A stretch of 64,000 nucleotides of DNA from Thermoanaerobaculia bacterium (GCA_036493875.1 DASXPB010000013.1:4377-68376), one strand, 5' to 3'; counted from the first letter of the stretch, positions 28,820 through 39,735 are shown. A program made the numbers and translations. Notes: a model not told the origin generated them from the sequence alone.

Positions 28820-31800
28820 ATGAAGTTCACCGATCTCTTCGTCCGGCGGCCGGTCCTCGCGATCGTCGTCAACCTCGTGATCCTGATCGCCGGTCTGCAG
28901 GCGATCCGGACGCTGTCGGTCCGCCAGTACCCGCGCAGCGACATCTCGGTCGTGACGGTCACGACCGTGTACGTCGGCGCGAACGCGGACCTGGTGCGGG
29001 GCTTCATCACGACGCCTCTCGAGCGCGTCATCGCGAGCGCTGACGGCATCGACTACATCGAGTCCTCCAGCGCTCAGGGCGTCTCGACGATCACGGTCCA
29101 CCTGAAGCTCAACTACGACACCAATGCCGCGCTCACACAGGTCCAGGCCAAGGTCGCGCAGGTCCGCAACGACCTGCCGCCGGAGGCCGAGGCACCGATC
29201 ATCGACCTCGCGACAGCGGACCAGCAGTTCGCGGCGATGTACCTCGGGTTCTCCTCGAAGGAGCTCGACCAGAACCAGATCACCGACTACCTGACCCGCG
29301 TCGTGCAGCCCAAGCTCTCGGCGGTGTCCGGCGTCCAGCGCGCCGACATCCTGGGCAGCCGTACCTTCGCCATGCGCGTTTGGCTCAAGCCCGAGCAGAT
29401 GGCCGCGCTCGGCATCTCTCCGAGCGACGTCCGCAACGCCCTCTCCCAGAACAACTACCTGTCGGCGATCGGTCAGACCAAGGGCACGATGACGTCGATC
29501 AACCTGGTCGCGAACACCGACCTGAAGACGGCGGAGGAATTCCGCCAGCTCGTCGTCAAGCAGAAGGACAGCGTCGTCGTGCGCCTCGGCGAGATCGCCG
29601 ACGTCGAGCTGGGCGCCGAGAACTACGACTCGGACGTGCGGTTCAACGGGCAGGCCGCGACGTTCATGGGCGTCTGGGTGCTCCCCAACGCCAACGCCCT
29701 CGAGGTCATCAAGCGGGTGCGGGCCGAGATTCCCGACATCCGCGCGCAGCTGCCGGCCGGGATGGACGTCGGGATCCCGTACGACTCGACGGCGTACATC
29801 GAGGACGCCATCCACGAGGTCCTGTCGACCCTGACGGAGACGCTCCTCATCGTCATCGTCGTCATCTTCCTCTTCCTCGGCTCCTTCCGCGCGGTCCTCA
29901 TCCCGATCGTCGCGATTCCGGTGTCGCTTATCGGCGCCGTGTTCCTGATGCTGATCGCCGGCTTCACGATCAACCTGCTGACCCTTCTCGCGATCGTGCT
30001 CTCCGTCGGTCTCGTCGTCGACGACGCGATCGTCATGGTCGAGAACGTGGAGCGTCACCTCCAGCTCGGCGAGAAGCCCTTCGAGGCCGCGCTCAAGGCC
30101 GCGCGCGAGCTGGTCGGCCCGATCATCGCTATGACGATCACGCTCGCGGCGGTGTATGCCCCGATCGGCATCCAGGGCGGACTCACCGGCGCGCTCTTCC
30201 GCGAGTTCGCCTTCACCCTGGCCGGCGCCGTCATCGTGTCGGGCATCGTGGCCCTGACACTCTCGCCGATGATGGGCAGCAGGCTCCTGCGCACGGGCGA
30301 CGCCGAGAAGGGCTTCGCGGGCTGGATCAACCGGCGCTTCGAGAAGGTCAAGACGACCTACGCGCGCCTGCTCACCGGAAGTCTCAACTACCGGCCCGTC
30401 GTCTACGTTCTGTGGTTCATCGTCGTGCTGCTGATGTTCCCCTTCTACATGTTCTCCGCGAAGGAGCTCGCGCCGACGGAGGATCAGGCGGTCGTCTTCG
30501 GTGTCATCCAGGCGGCGCCCAACGCGACGATCGACCAGACGAACCTCTTCGCGCAGAAGGTGTACGACGTCTACCACGCGATGCCGGAGCACCAGAGCGT
30601 CTTCCAGATCACGAGCCCGACGGGCGGTTTCGGCGGCATGGTCACGAAGCCTTGGAGCGAGCGGAAGAAGAGCACCCAGAAGCTCCAGGTCGAGGCCTCG
30701 ATGGGTCTATCCAAGATCCCCGGGGTGCGCGTGATCTCGCTCGTGCCTCCGCCGCTGCCGGGCGGCGGCAGCTTCCCGGTCGACTTCGTCATCGCGTCCA
30801 CGGCGGAGCCCCAGAGGCTCGTCGACTTCGCGAACGACCTCGTGGGCAAGGCCTACCAGAGTGGCCTCTTCATGTTCGCCGACTCGGACTTGAAGTACGA
30901 CCAGCCGCAGGCCGAGGTCGTGTTCGACCGCGACAAGCTGCGCGCCCAGGGCGTCGACCTCGGACAGGCCGGCCGCGACCTCTCGACGATGCTCGGCGGC
31001 AACTACGTCAACCGCTTCTCGATCCAGGGGCGCAGCTACAAGGTCATTCCGCAGATCAAGCGCGCCGACCGGCTCACGCCGAGCCAGCTCCAGGACATCT
31101 ACGTGACGGGAGCGGGCGGGAAGCTCGTCCCGCTCTCGACGTTCGCGACCGTCAAGACCTCGACGCAGCCGCGCGACCTCAAGCGCTTCCAGCAGCTAAA
31201 CGCCGTGCGCATCCAGGGCGTCATTCCGCCCGGCGTACCCCTCGACAACGCCCTCAAGGTCCTCGAGACCGAGGCCAAGCGGATCCTGCCGAAGGGCTTC
31301 ACCGTCGACTACGCCGGCGAGTCGCGGCAGCTGCGCACCGAGGGCAGCAAGTTCCTCTTCACGTTCATGCTGTCGGCGATCCTGATCTACCTCGTGCTCG
31401 CGGCGCAGTTCGAGAGCTTCCGCGACCCGTTCATCGTGCTCGCGGGCTCGGTTCCGCTGGCCCTGTCGGGATCGCTGCTGTTCTCGTTCCTCGGCTTCAC
31501 GACGCTCAACATCTACAGCCAGGTCGGACTCATCACGCTCGTCGGCCTGATCGCGAAGAACGGCATCCTGATCGTCGAGTTCGCCAACAAGCTCCAGGAG
31601 CAGGGCCGCGACAAGGTCAAGGCCGTCATCGAGGCCGCCGAGACCCGGCTGCGCCCGATCCTGATGACCACCGCGGCCACCGTCATGGGCCACATGCCGC
31701 TCGTCTTCGCGAGCGGTCCCGGCGCCGGCGCCCGAAACAGCATCGGCACCATGCTGGTCACCGGCATGATCATCGGCACGGCGTTCACCCTCTTCGTCGT

Positions 31801-31903
31801 CCCGTCGATCTACGTGCTCGTGGCGAAGACGCACCGGGTGATCCGCAACGAGGATCAGGTCGGGCCGAAGGACGTCGGGCTCGAGGAGGAAGTCGCCGTC
31901 TGA
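28820..31903 (+). CDS. efflux RND transporter permease (AcrB/HAE1-like)
   Basis: 1027 aa, 12-TM AcrB architecture. Conserved TM4 (…VGLVVDDAIVMVENVERH…) and TM10 regions. Confidence 0.95.
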   Translation: MKFTDLFVRRPVLAIVVNLVILIAGLQAIRTLSVRQYPRSDISVVTVTTVYVGANADLVRGFITTPLERVIASADGIDYIESSSAQGVSTITVHLKLNYDTNAALTQVQAKVAQVRNDLPPEAEAPIIDLATADQQFAAMYLGFSSKELDQNQITDYLTRVVQPKLSAVSGVQRADILGSRTFAMRVWLKPEQMAALGISPSDVRNALSQNNYLSAIGQTKGTMTSINLVANTDLKTAEEFRQLVVKQKDSVVVRLGEIADVELGAENYDSDVRFNGQAATFMGVWVLPNANALEVIKRVRAEIPDIRAQLPAGMDVGIPYDSTAYIEDAIHEVLSTLTETLLIVIVVIFLFLGSFRAVLIPIVAIPVSLIGAVFLMLIAGFTINLLTLLAIVLSVGLVVDDAIVMVENVERHLQLGEKPFEAALKAARELVGPIIAMTITLAAVYAPIGIQGGLTGALFREFAFTLAGAVIVSGIVALTLSPMMGSRLLRTGDAEKGFAGWINRRFEKVKTTYARLLTGSLNYRPVVYVLWFIVVLLMFPFYMFSAKELAPTEDQAVVFGVIQAAPNATIDQTNLFAQKVYDVYHAMPEHQSVFQITSPTGGFGGMVTKPWSERKKSTQKLQVEASMGLSKIPGVRVISLVPPPLPGGGSFPVDFVIASTAEPQRLVDFANDLVGKAYQSGLFMFADSDLKYDQPQAEVVFDRDKLRAQGVDLGQAGRDLSTMLGGNYVNRFSIQGRSYKVIPQIKRADRLTPSQLQDIYVTGAGGKLVPLSTFATVKTSTQPRDLKRFQQLNAVRIQGVIPPGVPLDNALKVLETEAKRILPKGFTVDYAGESRQLRTEGSKFLFTFMLSAILIYLVLAAQFESFRDPFIVLAGSVPLALSGSLLFSFLGFTTLNIYSQVGLITLVGLIAKNGILIVEFANKLQEQGRDKVKAVIEAAETRLRPILMTTAATVMGHMPLVFASGPGAGARNSIGTMLVTGMIIGTAFTLFVVPSIYVLVAKTHRVIRNEDQVGPKDVGLEEEVAV

Positions 31904-31934
31904 GGCGGCGGCTCGCCCCGGGTCGCGCGAAGCG

Positions 31935-32636
31935 CTAGACCCGGGGAGTGAACTGCGCGAGGTCGTAGATGCCGAGCGCCTTCTCGATGGAGGCGACGCG
32001 GTCGACCATCTTCTCGAAGCCGTCCTCGCCGAAGAGCTGGTGCTCCTTCTTCTCGAACTCCTCGCCCAGCGCGTCGTATTCGTGGCCGCGGACGATCTCG
32101 CGGAAGGCGGGGAACAGGACCGTGTCCTCCCGCGCCTCGTGCGGCGAATACATCCGGATGAACTCCGCCATCGCCGTCCGGAGCCGCCGGCTGTCGTCCC
32201 GGTCGCGTAGAGCCTTCGCTGTCGCGAGCCGGGAAATCTCGGCCGTCACCTTGCGCCCCGCCTTGTGCTGCTTGTCCAGCACGTCGACGAGCTCGACGAG
32301 CCGGTTCGCCTTGCGGAAACGCGGGAAGATCTGATCCTCCTCGAGCTTCTCGTGGTACTCCTCAATGAAGTCGTGGATGATCTTCGCCGAGTCCGCGATG
32401 GGCTCCGGCGGCAGATCCGCGTGCGCGTCGATGCGCCGGATCGCCTCGCCGTAGACGAGGAGGACCCGCTTCAGGACCCCGTGCTCGCGCATGAGGTCCT
32501 CGGCCGGAGAGACCTCCTCTTCTTCCTTCTCGGGCCTGGCCGCCGCGTAGCCCGCAACCAGGGCTCCGGTGCCCGCGGCGCCGACCGCGAGACCCAGGAA
32601 CCGCCGGCGCGTGGATTCGATGGAAAGAGTAGCCAT
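31935..32636 (-). CDS. hemerythrin-domain protein with Tat signal peptide
   Basis: TRRRFLGLAVGAAG twin-arginine motif. HxxxE...H...HxxxE hemerythrin-like His/Glu pattern (LMREHGV, HDFIEEYHEKLEE, HEARED). Confidence 0.7.
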   Translation of the reverse strand: MATLSIESTRRRFLGLAVGAAGTGALVAGYAAARPEKEEEEVSPAEDLMREHGVLKRVLLVYGEAIRRIDAHADLPPEPIADSAKIIHDFIEEYHEKLEEDQIFPRFRKANRLVELVDVLDKQHKAGRKVTAEISRLATAKALRDRDDSRRLRTAMAEFIRMYSPHEAREDTVLFPAFREIVRGHEYDALGEEFEKKEHQLFGEDGFEKMVDRVASIEKALGIYDLAQFTPRV

Positions 32637-32691
32637 GTTTCCTCCTCGAGCCCCCGGGCTTGGAGGTGCAAGGTCCCGGCCAACCGCGCGG

Positions 32692-33372
32692 TCAGGCCGA
32701 GCGAGGCTCCCTCGAGCGGTCGACCCACTCCGCCAGGGCGGCCAGCACGCCGTAGAGGACGAGCGCCTGGACCGCGAAGGCGCGGTCGCTCGGCGGATCG
32801 GGCATGAGAGGAGTGGCGACCGTGATCAGCACGAGGGCGACCGCGAACGCTCCGGCGCCCAGAGCCGCCCGGCGGCTGCGCGCTCGCGTCGCACGAAGAT
32901 AGACGGCCGCGCCGCCGGCGAGCACGAGGAGCTCCGCCATGACCGCCGCCCACCGGTGGTTCCACAGGCCGAGGCCGATGCGCGGCGAGTCGGCGGCGAG
33001 GCCGAGCGGCAGATCCGGCGTGTGCATCGGGACGTCCAGCAGGAAGTGCGAGAAGACTGCAGCTCCGAGCAGCAGGGCGGCGATCCGCCGGTCGCGGGAT
33101 CGGAGCCGGCGAAGGCTCGCGAGTGCGACGAGGGTCGTCGCCGCCGACCAGAGGAGCGCGCCGAGAAGGCTGTGCGTGTACGGCATCCGGTAGAGGTCAT
33201 ACGGGTTGTAGGCCGTGAATCCGTGCACGATCCGAAGGCTCTCGATCCCGAGCAGAACGAAGAGCGCGAAGAGGATGTCGAGAAGCTGGACGGCCAAGAA
33301 GAGCAATCCCAGGGACAGCCGAGGCGCAGGCTTCTTGCTCGCTAAGGCGACGCCGTAGTGTCCGACGAACAT
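32692..33372 (-). CDS. membrane-bound metal-dependent hydrolase (DUF457/YdjM-like)
   Basis: MFVGHYG... start and His residues in TM loops. Confidence 0.6.
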   Translation of the reverse strand: MFVGHYGVALASKKPAPRLSLGLLFLAVQLLDILFALFVLLGIESLRIVHGFTAYNPYDLYRMPYTHSLLGALLWSAATTLVALASLRRLRSRDRRIAALLLGAAVFSHFLLDVPMHTPDLPLGLAADSPRIGLGLWNHRWAAVMAELLVLAGGAAVYLRATRARSRRAALGAGAFAVALVLITVATPLMPDPPSDRAFAVQALVLYGVLAALAEWVDRSREPRSA

Positions 33373-33424
33373 GCTCTGGCACAGAGCAAATCCCAGTCCG
33401 CGTCCGCCTGCAAGCGGCCAGTCG

Positions 33425-34000
33425 TCAGGCCGCCCCGAGGAAGGTCACGTGGCAGTACGTGCCGAGCCGGACGTTGTAGGCGAGGTACCAGCCCGGATGA
33501 TCGGGATCCTCGTAGATCACGACCTCGTCGCTGTTCCAGGCCCAGTCGTCGCAGTAGCCCACGTCGAACGGCGCAACCGCGAAGGCGAATCCTCCGAAGA
33601 AGAACCTCCCGGGGCCGCCGCCACGCAGGACGAAGACGTGGCTCGGACCGACTCCGCCCGTGAAGCGGCCGTGCTCCCAGGGGTGCGCCAGGTGGAAGCG
33701 GGCGTCGTCACGCGCGAACTCGTGACCGACCCAGCGGTCGCCCTCCGGCTCGACATGGGGTCTCACGCGGGCGCCCGCCGCCTCGTGAGGCGGTTCGGCC
33801 GGGTGCGCGGGAGCTCCGTGCTCGACGGGCCTCGCCGGCTGGGGGCCGTGAGCGGGAATGTGCCGCGGAGCGGCCTGCGGCGGCCGGGCTGCCGGGGGTG
33901 CGGGTGCGGGTGCTGGACGTTCGCGGTTTTCCTGAGCAAGCGCGGGCAGAGACAGGGACCCGAGGAAGAAGGCTCCGAGAATGAGGTGGGTACGCTTCAT
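33425..34000 (-). CDS. secreted Pro-rich hypothetical protein
   Basis: ggagg RBS, signal peptide [22 protein letters not shown]. Confidence 0.5.
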   Translation of the reverse strand: MKRTHLILGAFFLGSLSLPALAQENRERPAPAPAPPAARPPQAAPRHIPAHGPQPARPVEHGAPAHPAEPPHEAAGARVRPHVEPEGDRWVGHEFARDDARFHLAHPWEHGRFTGGVGPSHVFVLRGGGPGRFFFGGFAFAVAPFDVGYCDDWAWNSDEVVIYEDPDHPGWYLAYNVRLGTYCHVTFLGAA

Positions 34001-34080
34001 GACGGCCTCCTCGATTCCGGTGCCGCAAAAATCGTTCCAGAGGCGGCGCCGCCCGGGTCCCGCGGTGATGTAATCGAACG

Positions 34081-36069
34081 ATGAAACTGCGAAACATTTT
34101 CGGCTCCCTGCTCGTTGCCTCGGCCGCCCTCTCTCTGTCTTCCTTCGCGCTGCAGGCGCAGACGAGCCCACCTCCTCTTACTCTTCTTCCGCCGGACAAG
34201 GCGAGCGGCTCCGCCCGGCAGGTGGAGCTCACGAAGCTCATCACGGCGATCGAGGATGCGTTCGCCGACAGCGCGCCGGTCTTCACCCGCGACGGAAAGA
34301 CGGTGATCTTCTCGTCGTTCCGGGACGGCCTGCCGCAGCTCTATTCGTCGCCCGCGGACCGCCCCGACGCCCCGGCCACGCGCCTCCTGAAGACGACCGA
34401 ACGGATCCCCGGCGCGTTCCCGCTGCCCGACGGGAAGACGCTGCTCTACCGATCCGATCATGGGGCCGACGAGAACTGGTCCCTCTTCCGCTGCGCGGTC
34501 GACGGAACCGGCGCCACGGAGCTGACTCCGGGCGCCCGGATGCAGCGCGATTTTCCGATCGTCCCCGAGGGCGCGCCGGCCACGGCTTTCTATTCGGCGC
34601 GGATCCTCTCGCAGGCGGACTCCACGGCCTCCCCGGGTTCCGCGCTCTATGCTGTCGCCGTCGCGGGGGGATCGCCCGAGAAGAAGGTCTGGTCGGATTC
34701 CGTGCCGGGCTTCCTGACCGATGTCAGCCGCGACGGCAAGCGGGCCCTCTGGCTCCAGTACCGCAGCCAGGGAGACTGCACGGAGCTCCTGCTCGACCTC
34801 GCCACGGGAAAGGCGACTCCGCTCTACCCTCCACCGGGTGGGCCCAAGGTCCAGATCAACGTGGCGCGTTTCGCGACCGACGGCAATCGGATCTATCTCG
34901 CCACGGACGGGGGGAGCGAGCAGGCCCTGTTGCTCGCGCTCGACCCGGGCGGCAAGGAGCTCGCGCGCTACACGGAGACGCATCCCGCGACGGCCGACAT
35001 CGAGGACGTCGCCGTCGCGAAGACGGGAGATCGGATCGCCCTCGCGATCGGCGCGGGCAACCACAACGACGTCCGCCTCCTCGACGCGAAGACGCTCGCC
35101 CCGGCGGCCTCGGTCTCCCTGCCGCTCGGGACCGGCGGCATCGGCGACTTCTCGGAGGACGGCAGGCGCCTGACCGCGAGCTGGTCGACCCCCGACTCTC
35201 CGGGGGAGATCTACGCGATCGAGGCCGCGACCGGCCGGGCGGCGCCGCTGCGCCGAGAACCGCGCCCCTCTCTCGCGAGCCTTCCCAAGGTCGTGGCCTC
35301 GATCGCCGACGTCCCCGCCTTCGACGGCTTGAAGCTGCCGACGAACGTCTACCTGCCGGCCGACGCCACCGGCAAGAAGCTGCCGGTCCTCGTCGTGTAT
35401 CACGGAGGGCCCTCCGGCTCCTCGCAGATCCGCTGGTCGATCGCGGCGCGCTTCTTCACCGGTTTGGGTTGGGCCGTCGTCGAGCCCAACGTCCGCGGCT
35501 CGGGCGGCTTCGGGCGCGCCTTCGAGGCGGCGGACAACGGGCCCAAGCGGCTCGACGCATTCAAGGACGTCGAGACGACGTCTCGGTGGGCCGCCTCCCA
35601 GCCGTGGGCCGACTCCAACCGGATGGTCGTCTACGGCGGCAGCTACGGCGGCTACACGGTCCTGATGGCGCTCGAACGATGGCCGGGGATCTGGAGAGCC
35701 GGCGTCGACCTCGTCGGCGTGGCCAACCTGACGACGTTCCTGCAGAGCACGAGCGGCATCATCCGGGAGATCTTCAAGGTGGAGTTCGGCGATCTCGAGA
35801 AGGATGCCGCCTTCCTGAAGACGATCTCGCCGATCGAGGAGATCGACAAGATCGTCGCACCCCTCTTCGTGTATGCGGGCGCCAACGATCCTCGGGTTCC
35901 GCGGACCGAGTCGGACCAGGTCGTGCGCGCTCTGCGGGCCCGGAAGATTCCGGTCGAGTACATGGTCGCCGACAACGAGGGCCACTCGATGGACCGTCGC
36001 GAGAACACGATCGAGTTCTACAGCCGCGTGGGCGAGTTCCTCGAAAAGCAGACGGCGGCGCCGAAGTAG
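34081..36069 (+). CDS. S9 family peptidase with N-terminal beta-propeller
   Basis: Signal peptide, propeller repeats, catalytic GGSYGGY, and C-terminal ...ANDPRVP...EGH triad region. Confidence 0.9.
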   Translation: MKLRNIFGSLLVASAALSLSSFALQAQTSPPPLTLLPPDKASGSARQVELTKLITAIEDAFADSAPVFTRDGKTVIFSSFRDGLPQLYSSPADRPDAPATRLLKTTERIPGAFPLPDGKTLLYRSDHGADENWSLFRCAVDGTGATELTPGARMQRDFPIVPEGAPATAFYSARILSQADSTASPGSALYAVAVAGGSPEKKVWSDSVPGFLTDVSRDGKRALWLQYRSQGDCTELLLDLATGKATPLYPPPGGPKVQINVARFATDGNRIYLATDGGSEQALLLALDPGGKELARYTETHPATADIEDVAVAKTGDRIALAIGAGNHNDVRLLDAKTLAPAASVSLPLGTGGIGDFSEDGRRLTASWSTPDSPGEIYAIEAATGRAAPLRREPRPSLASLPKVVASIADVPAFDGLKLPTNVYLPADATGKKLPVLVVYHGGPSGSSQIRWSIAARFFTGLGWAVVEPNVRGSGGFGRAFEAADNGPKRLDAFKDVETTSRWAASQPWADSNRMVVYGGSYGGYTVLMALERWPGIWRAGVDLVGVANLTTFLQSTSGIIREIFKVEFGDLEKDAAFLKTISPIEEIDKIVAPLFVYAGANDPRVPRTESDQVVRALRARKIPVEYMVADNEGHSMDRRENTIEFYSRVGEFLEKQTAAPK

Positions 36070-36134
36070 GAATTCGCGCCGCCGCCGGTCCATGGGGCGG
36101 CCGCGAGGCCGCCCCTCCTCTGGTCTCGCCTGGT

Positions 36135-36761
36135 CTAGGAGTGGATCAGTCCGTCCTTCTCCATCTGCTCGGCGCACGCCTTGGCGACTTCCGTGACGAA
36201 GGAGTCGACCTGCGTGGGTTCGACCGTCCGGCTCACGCCTGCCCAGACGAGCTTGTCCTGGTCGAGAGAGTAGACGAGCGTCTCGATCTTCACGACCTTC
36301 TCGACGGTCAGGTAGCCCGGGCTGTAGGCCGCTCCCCAGCCGTAGCCCCAGTAGCCGCCCCACGTCCGGTAGTACGGCGAGCCATAGTACGTGCCGGGAG
36401 TGGAGGTCACCTGAGTTTCCTTCCCCGCGACCCGCATGACGACGATGCCGGCGAAGCCCAGGCTCTCGAGCTTTTTGCGCACCATGGCCTGGTCGCGGAT
36501 GTCCTCGTCTCCGAAGATCGAGTAGGCGGCGACGCCCTGGGCGCCGTGGGCCGAGATCTGGCGGGCCAGCGCGTCCTCGGCCGTGCGCCGGAGGGTCATG
36601 TTCTTGTTCACGAAGATCGCGACCACTTTCTTGTTCGCGAGCTGCAGCGGCCGGGCGTCCGGCGCCCGCCACGTGGAGTCGAACGTCGTAGACGAACACG
36701 CCACGATCCCGAGGACAGCGGCGGCGACGGTGGCGTGAACCCAGAGTCGGGATTTCTTCAT
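36135..36761 (-). CDS. lipoprotein (DUF4136-like)
   Basis: aaggagg RBS. Lipobox LGIVAC. Gly/Tyr/Trp-rich segment (YYGSPYYRTWGGYWGYGWGAAYSPGY). Confidence 0.6.
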   Translation of the reverse strand: MKKSRLWVHATVAAAVLGIVACSSTTFDSTWRAPDARPLQLANKKVVAIFVNKNMTLRRTAEDALARQISAHGAQGVAAYSIFGDEDIRDQAMVRKKLESLGFAGIVVMRVAGKETQVTSTPGTYYGSPYYRTWGGYWGYGWGAAYSPGYLTVEKVVKIETLVYSLDQDKLVWAGVSRTVEPTQVDSFVTEVAKACAEQMEKDGLIHS

Positions 36762-36793
36762 GGCGCCTCCTTCATTCAAGGCCTTCGGAACTT

Positions 36794-37627
36794 TCATATC
36801 AGAGGTTCGGGGCGCGTTCCAGACGTCCGGACGGGCAATCCCGCGCGGCGGACGCGGCGCGCCGTGACGAGGAGGCGCGAGGAGTCTCGCCGGAAGGGCC
36901 GCCGGTCGAAGTCGCCCCACAGGGAGACGATCTCGAGCCCCGCCTCGGCGAAGAAGGCGCGGATCGTCGCGGGATCCCACGCGCGGGCGAGGAACGCGGC
37001 CATCCGACTGCGCACGGCGCCGTCGTCGCCGCGGTCCTCGTACCGGTAGCGCGCGTGCCAGAGGTCTTCCTGCCCGATCGGGAACCAGGCCTCCTCGATC
37101 CGGAGCACGCCCTGCGAATGACGGATCCGGCGCCGCGGCATCGCGATCTCGTTGCGGCGGCGGTAGAGACCTTCGAGGACGAAGAAGCCGCCCGGGGCGA
37201 GCTGCCGGGCGACTGCGCGCAAGGTGCGCCGGCGGTCCGCGAGGGTCGTCATGTGCGAGATCGGATCGCCCGGCGCGACGATCAGGTCGAAGACGGGTCC
37301 GAACGCGGCCCTGCGTGCGTCCGCGGCGACGAAACAGGCGCGCCGCGTTTCCGCGGCGACGAACCTCGCGTGTCCGGCGCGGCGGCTCGCCGCGGACAGC
37401 ATCTCGAGGGAGACGTCGAGGCCGACGGCCTCGCCGACGCGTGCGAGTTCCGCGGTGATTCGCCCCAGCCCGGCGCCGATCTCCAGGATCCGGCGGTGAG
37501 CGTGCGACCTCGCGACGTGGCGCCAGAACGCGAGGTGGGCGCGCGCGACCGACTCCTTCTCGTAGAAGGGAAGGATCGTGCGGTAGTAGTCGCGCGCGCT
37601 CGAGATCTCCGCCGCGTCGGTTTCCAA
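36794..37627 (-). CDS. class I SAM-dependent methyltransferase
   Basis: Motif I ILEIGAGLGRIT. Start uncertain (TTG 37627 proposed). The longer ORF would overlap the upstream gene by about 130 bp. Confidence 0.65.
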   Translation of the reverse strand: METDAAEISSARDYYRTILPFYEKESVARAHLAFWRHVARSHAHRRILEIGAGLGRITAELARVGEAVGLDVSLEMLSAASRRAGHARFVAAETRRACFVAADARRAAFGPVFDLIVAPGDPISHMTTLADRRRTLRAVARQLAPGGFFVLEGLYRRRNEIAMPRRRIRHSQGVLRIEEAWFPIGQEDLWHARYRYEDRGDDGAVRSRMAAFLARAWDPATIRAFFAEAGLEIVSLWGDFDRRPFRRDSSRLLVTARRVRRAGLPVRTSGTRPEPLI

Positions 37628-37632
37628 AAGCC

Positions 37633-38292
37633 TCAGGCCGCGGCGATCCGGTTCCGGCCCTTCGGAAGATGCCGACCGAAGAGAAGGAAGGCCGCGGGGA
37701 TCGTCGTCAACGCGCCGAAGGCGAGAAGCCCGAGGCCGATGCGCTGGCGCGTCTTGCCACACAGGTGCCGCGTCGCCAGCAGACCCACGCCGGCGCCCAG
37801 GGCCGCCCGCGTGGCGACGACGAATCCGAACTCCGGAAGGGACAGGTCCACTCTCTTCATCGTTCCTCCTTTTTCCTTTCGCGGTGCGGGCCGCCGCGAG
37901 TCGTCTCCGCGCGGGGTCTCGTAAGCCTTCTCGCCCGGGAGCTCCCCGTCCACCATCTCCGGCGGCAGGGCAGAGCGGAACGAGAGCAGCGTCGTCTCCC
38001 CGCCGGAGGATTCGATCTGGAGGGAGAGATCGGCGCCCTCCTCCTCCTGTACCCGCAGGTGCGATGGGCTCTGGATGACGTGTTCGGCGGGCCGCTCGCT
38101 CGGGCCCAGGGTGATTGCGATGCGCCGGCCGTCGTGCTCGGAGGAGATTCCTTCGAGCGGGCGCTCGTGGGCCTCGGTCTGCGCGCCCAGGCCGCCCAGC
38201 ACCTCGACGTCGACGAGCCAGCCCTCGTGCCGGCGGGAAAAACCGTTCAGGAACTCGATCCAGGACTCGCGCGGAATTTCTCGGGTCTCCAT
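37633..38292 (-). CDS. DUF5335-like protein fused in-frame to a 2-TM C-terminal module
   Basis: gaggag RBS plus ATG 38292 (METREIPRESWIEFLNGFSRRHEGWLVDVEV...). An internal in-frame ATG at 37860 has a strong aaaggagga RBS. Confidence 0.55.
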   Translation of the reverse strand: METREIPRESWIEFLNGFSRRHEGWLVDVEVLGGLGAQTEAHERPLEGISSEHDGRRIAITLGPSERPAEHVIQSPSHLRVQEEEGADLSLQIESSGGETTLLSFRSALPPEMVDGELPGEKAYETPRGDDSRRPAPRKEKGGTMKRVDLSLPEFGFVVATRAALGAGVGLLATRHLCGKTRQRIGLGLLAFGALTTIPAAFLLFGRHLPKGRNRIAAA

Positions 38293-38553
38293 GGTCAGCG
38301 TCTCCTCTTCTCTAAAGGGTTGAGCCGCAAGATCCTTGCCAGCCCGCGAGGCCATCAGGGACCGGCCCGGGCGCCGAAGCTCCGCCGGCGCATGCGAATG
38401 GTGGGCCACGAGATGGCGCGAAGGCGCACCCCGAGCGGGTGAAGGATCGATTCGACGGGTCGACCGGAGGCGACGCGGCGCGAGCTCGCCGGTGCGAAGG
38501 AGCCCGCGAGGGGCGGCCGCTTCGAGGCGGCCACCCCTCCGAGCGAGGGACCC

Positions 38554-39735
38554 CTAGTTCACGTCCTGGCCCGCCTCGAGCCTCTTGATCAGACCCTCGA
38601 GGTTCTTCTTGTTCCCGGCATCGGGAGCCTGCGCGACGGCCAGCTTCGCCTCCGCCAGCGCCTTCGTCTTCTCTCCGGTCGCGGAATACGCGCGCATCAG
38701 CCCGACGTGCACGGGCCACTGGTTCGGAAACCGTTTGGCGTTCAACTGGAAGAGGCGCACGGCCTCGTCCTTCTTGCCGTCCGTCAGGAGCTGCCGCGCC
38801 GCGACGTGGATCTGGACCGGGGTCGCGGTCTTGTGGTTGACGGCCTTCTCGAAGGTGGCCTTCGACTCGTCGCCCTTTCCGTTGAGCTCCTGCAGCGTCG
38901 AGAGCGTCATGAGCGTGCCGAAGTTCTCGTCTCCGCCGGACCACGTGGGGTCCGAGACCGCGCGCTGCGCCCAGGTCAGTCCCTCCGCCAGATTGACCTT
39001 CTTCTGCGCGCAGAAGTCCGCCGCCTGCTGCCAGTTCTGCCACGAGAAGCCGGCCGAGCCGTGCAGCTCGCGCCGCAGGCCGTCGATCCAGAGGGCGTTG
39101 ACGTCGTCGACCGACACGGTGAAGGGGATCTGCAGGTTCTCCCACTCGAGGCTGGCCGTGACCTTGTTGGGATCGCGCTCGATGAACTCGTAGGTCAGCC
39201 ACTCGTGGTAGTCGGTCTTCGCCGGCTTCGTCGTGACGCGGAGCGCGTCGAGCTTGGGGTCGTACCAGAAGCTGCCCCAGGCGTCCGCGTCCCTCGAGAA
39301 GATGACCGTCCACTCGGATTCGCCCGGAATGAAGTGCAGCCCGTAGCGCCCCGCGGGCAGAGGCTGACCCTGCACCTTGACGTCGTGGCTGACGGTGAAG
39401 ACCGTGTTCTCGTTGGCGCCGCCGCGATACGGGCACTCCTTGCATCCGTTGAAGCCCAGATCCGAGAGGCCGTTCGGCACCAGCTCGCCCCAGATCTTGC
39501 CCTTCCGGTCGTTCTGGCCGCGTACGACGCGCGGGCTCGAGTAGTCGATCGTGACCCTGACCGGGCCGAGGGCCTGGCTGACCGAGGCCTGCGGGTTGTC
39601 GCCGTTGGGCGGCAGCGAGAGGGTCGTCGCCGCCTGGAGCGGGACCGAAACCGCCAAAACGAGGACGAGAGAGGCGAGAGCGAATCCGCCTGCGGAAAGA
39701 CGTGCATTGATCCCGATCCCAATCCGACGTCGCAT
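38554..39735 (-). CDS. DUF2911 domain protein with C-terminal TPR
   Basis: ggagga RBS, signal peptide, DUF2911-like beta region, C-terminal TPR-like helices. Confidence 0.7.
   Translation of the reverse strand: MRRRIGIGINARLSAGGFALASLVLVLAVSVPLQAATTLSLPPNGDNPQASVSQALGPVRVTIDYSSPRVVRGQNDRKGKIWGELVPNGLSDLGFNGCKECPYRGGANENTVFTVSHDVKVQGQPLPAGRYGLHFIPGESEWTVIFSRDADAWGSFWYDPKLDALRVTTKPAKTDYHEWLTYEFIERDPNKVTASLEWENLQIPFTVSVDDVNALWIDGLRRELHGSAGFSWQNWQQAADFCAQKKVNLAEGLTWAQRAVSDPTWSGGDENFGTLMTLSTLQELNGKGDESKATFEKAVNHKTATPVQIHVAARQLLTDGKKDEAVRLFQLNAKRFPNQWPVHVGLMRAYSATGEKTKALAEAKLAVAQAPDAGNKKNLEGLIKRLEAGQDVN

Noticed and set aside
38293-38553. Possible tRNA (GGATCGATTCGAC T-loop-like string)
   Set aside because: Flanking sequence cannot form a T-stem, acceptor stem or cloverleaf. 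No tRNA or rRNA signatures were found anywhere in the window.
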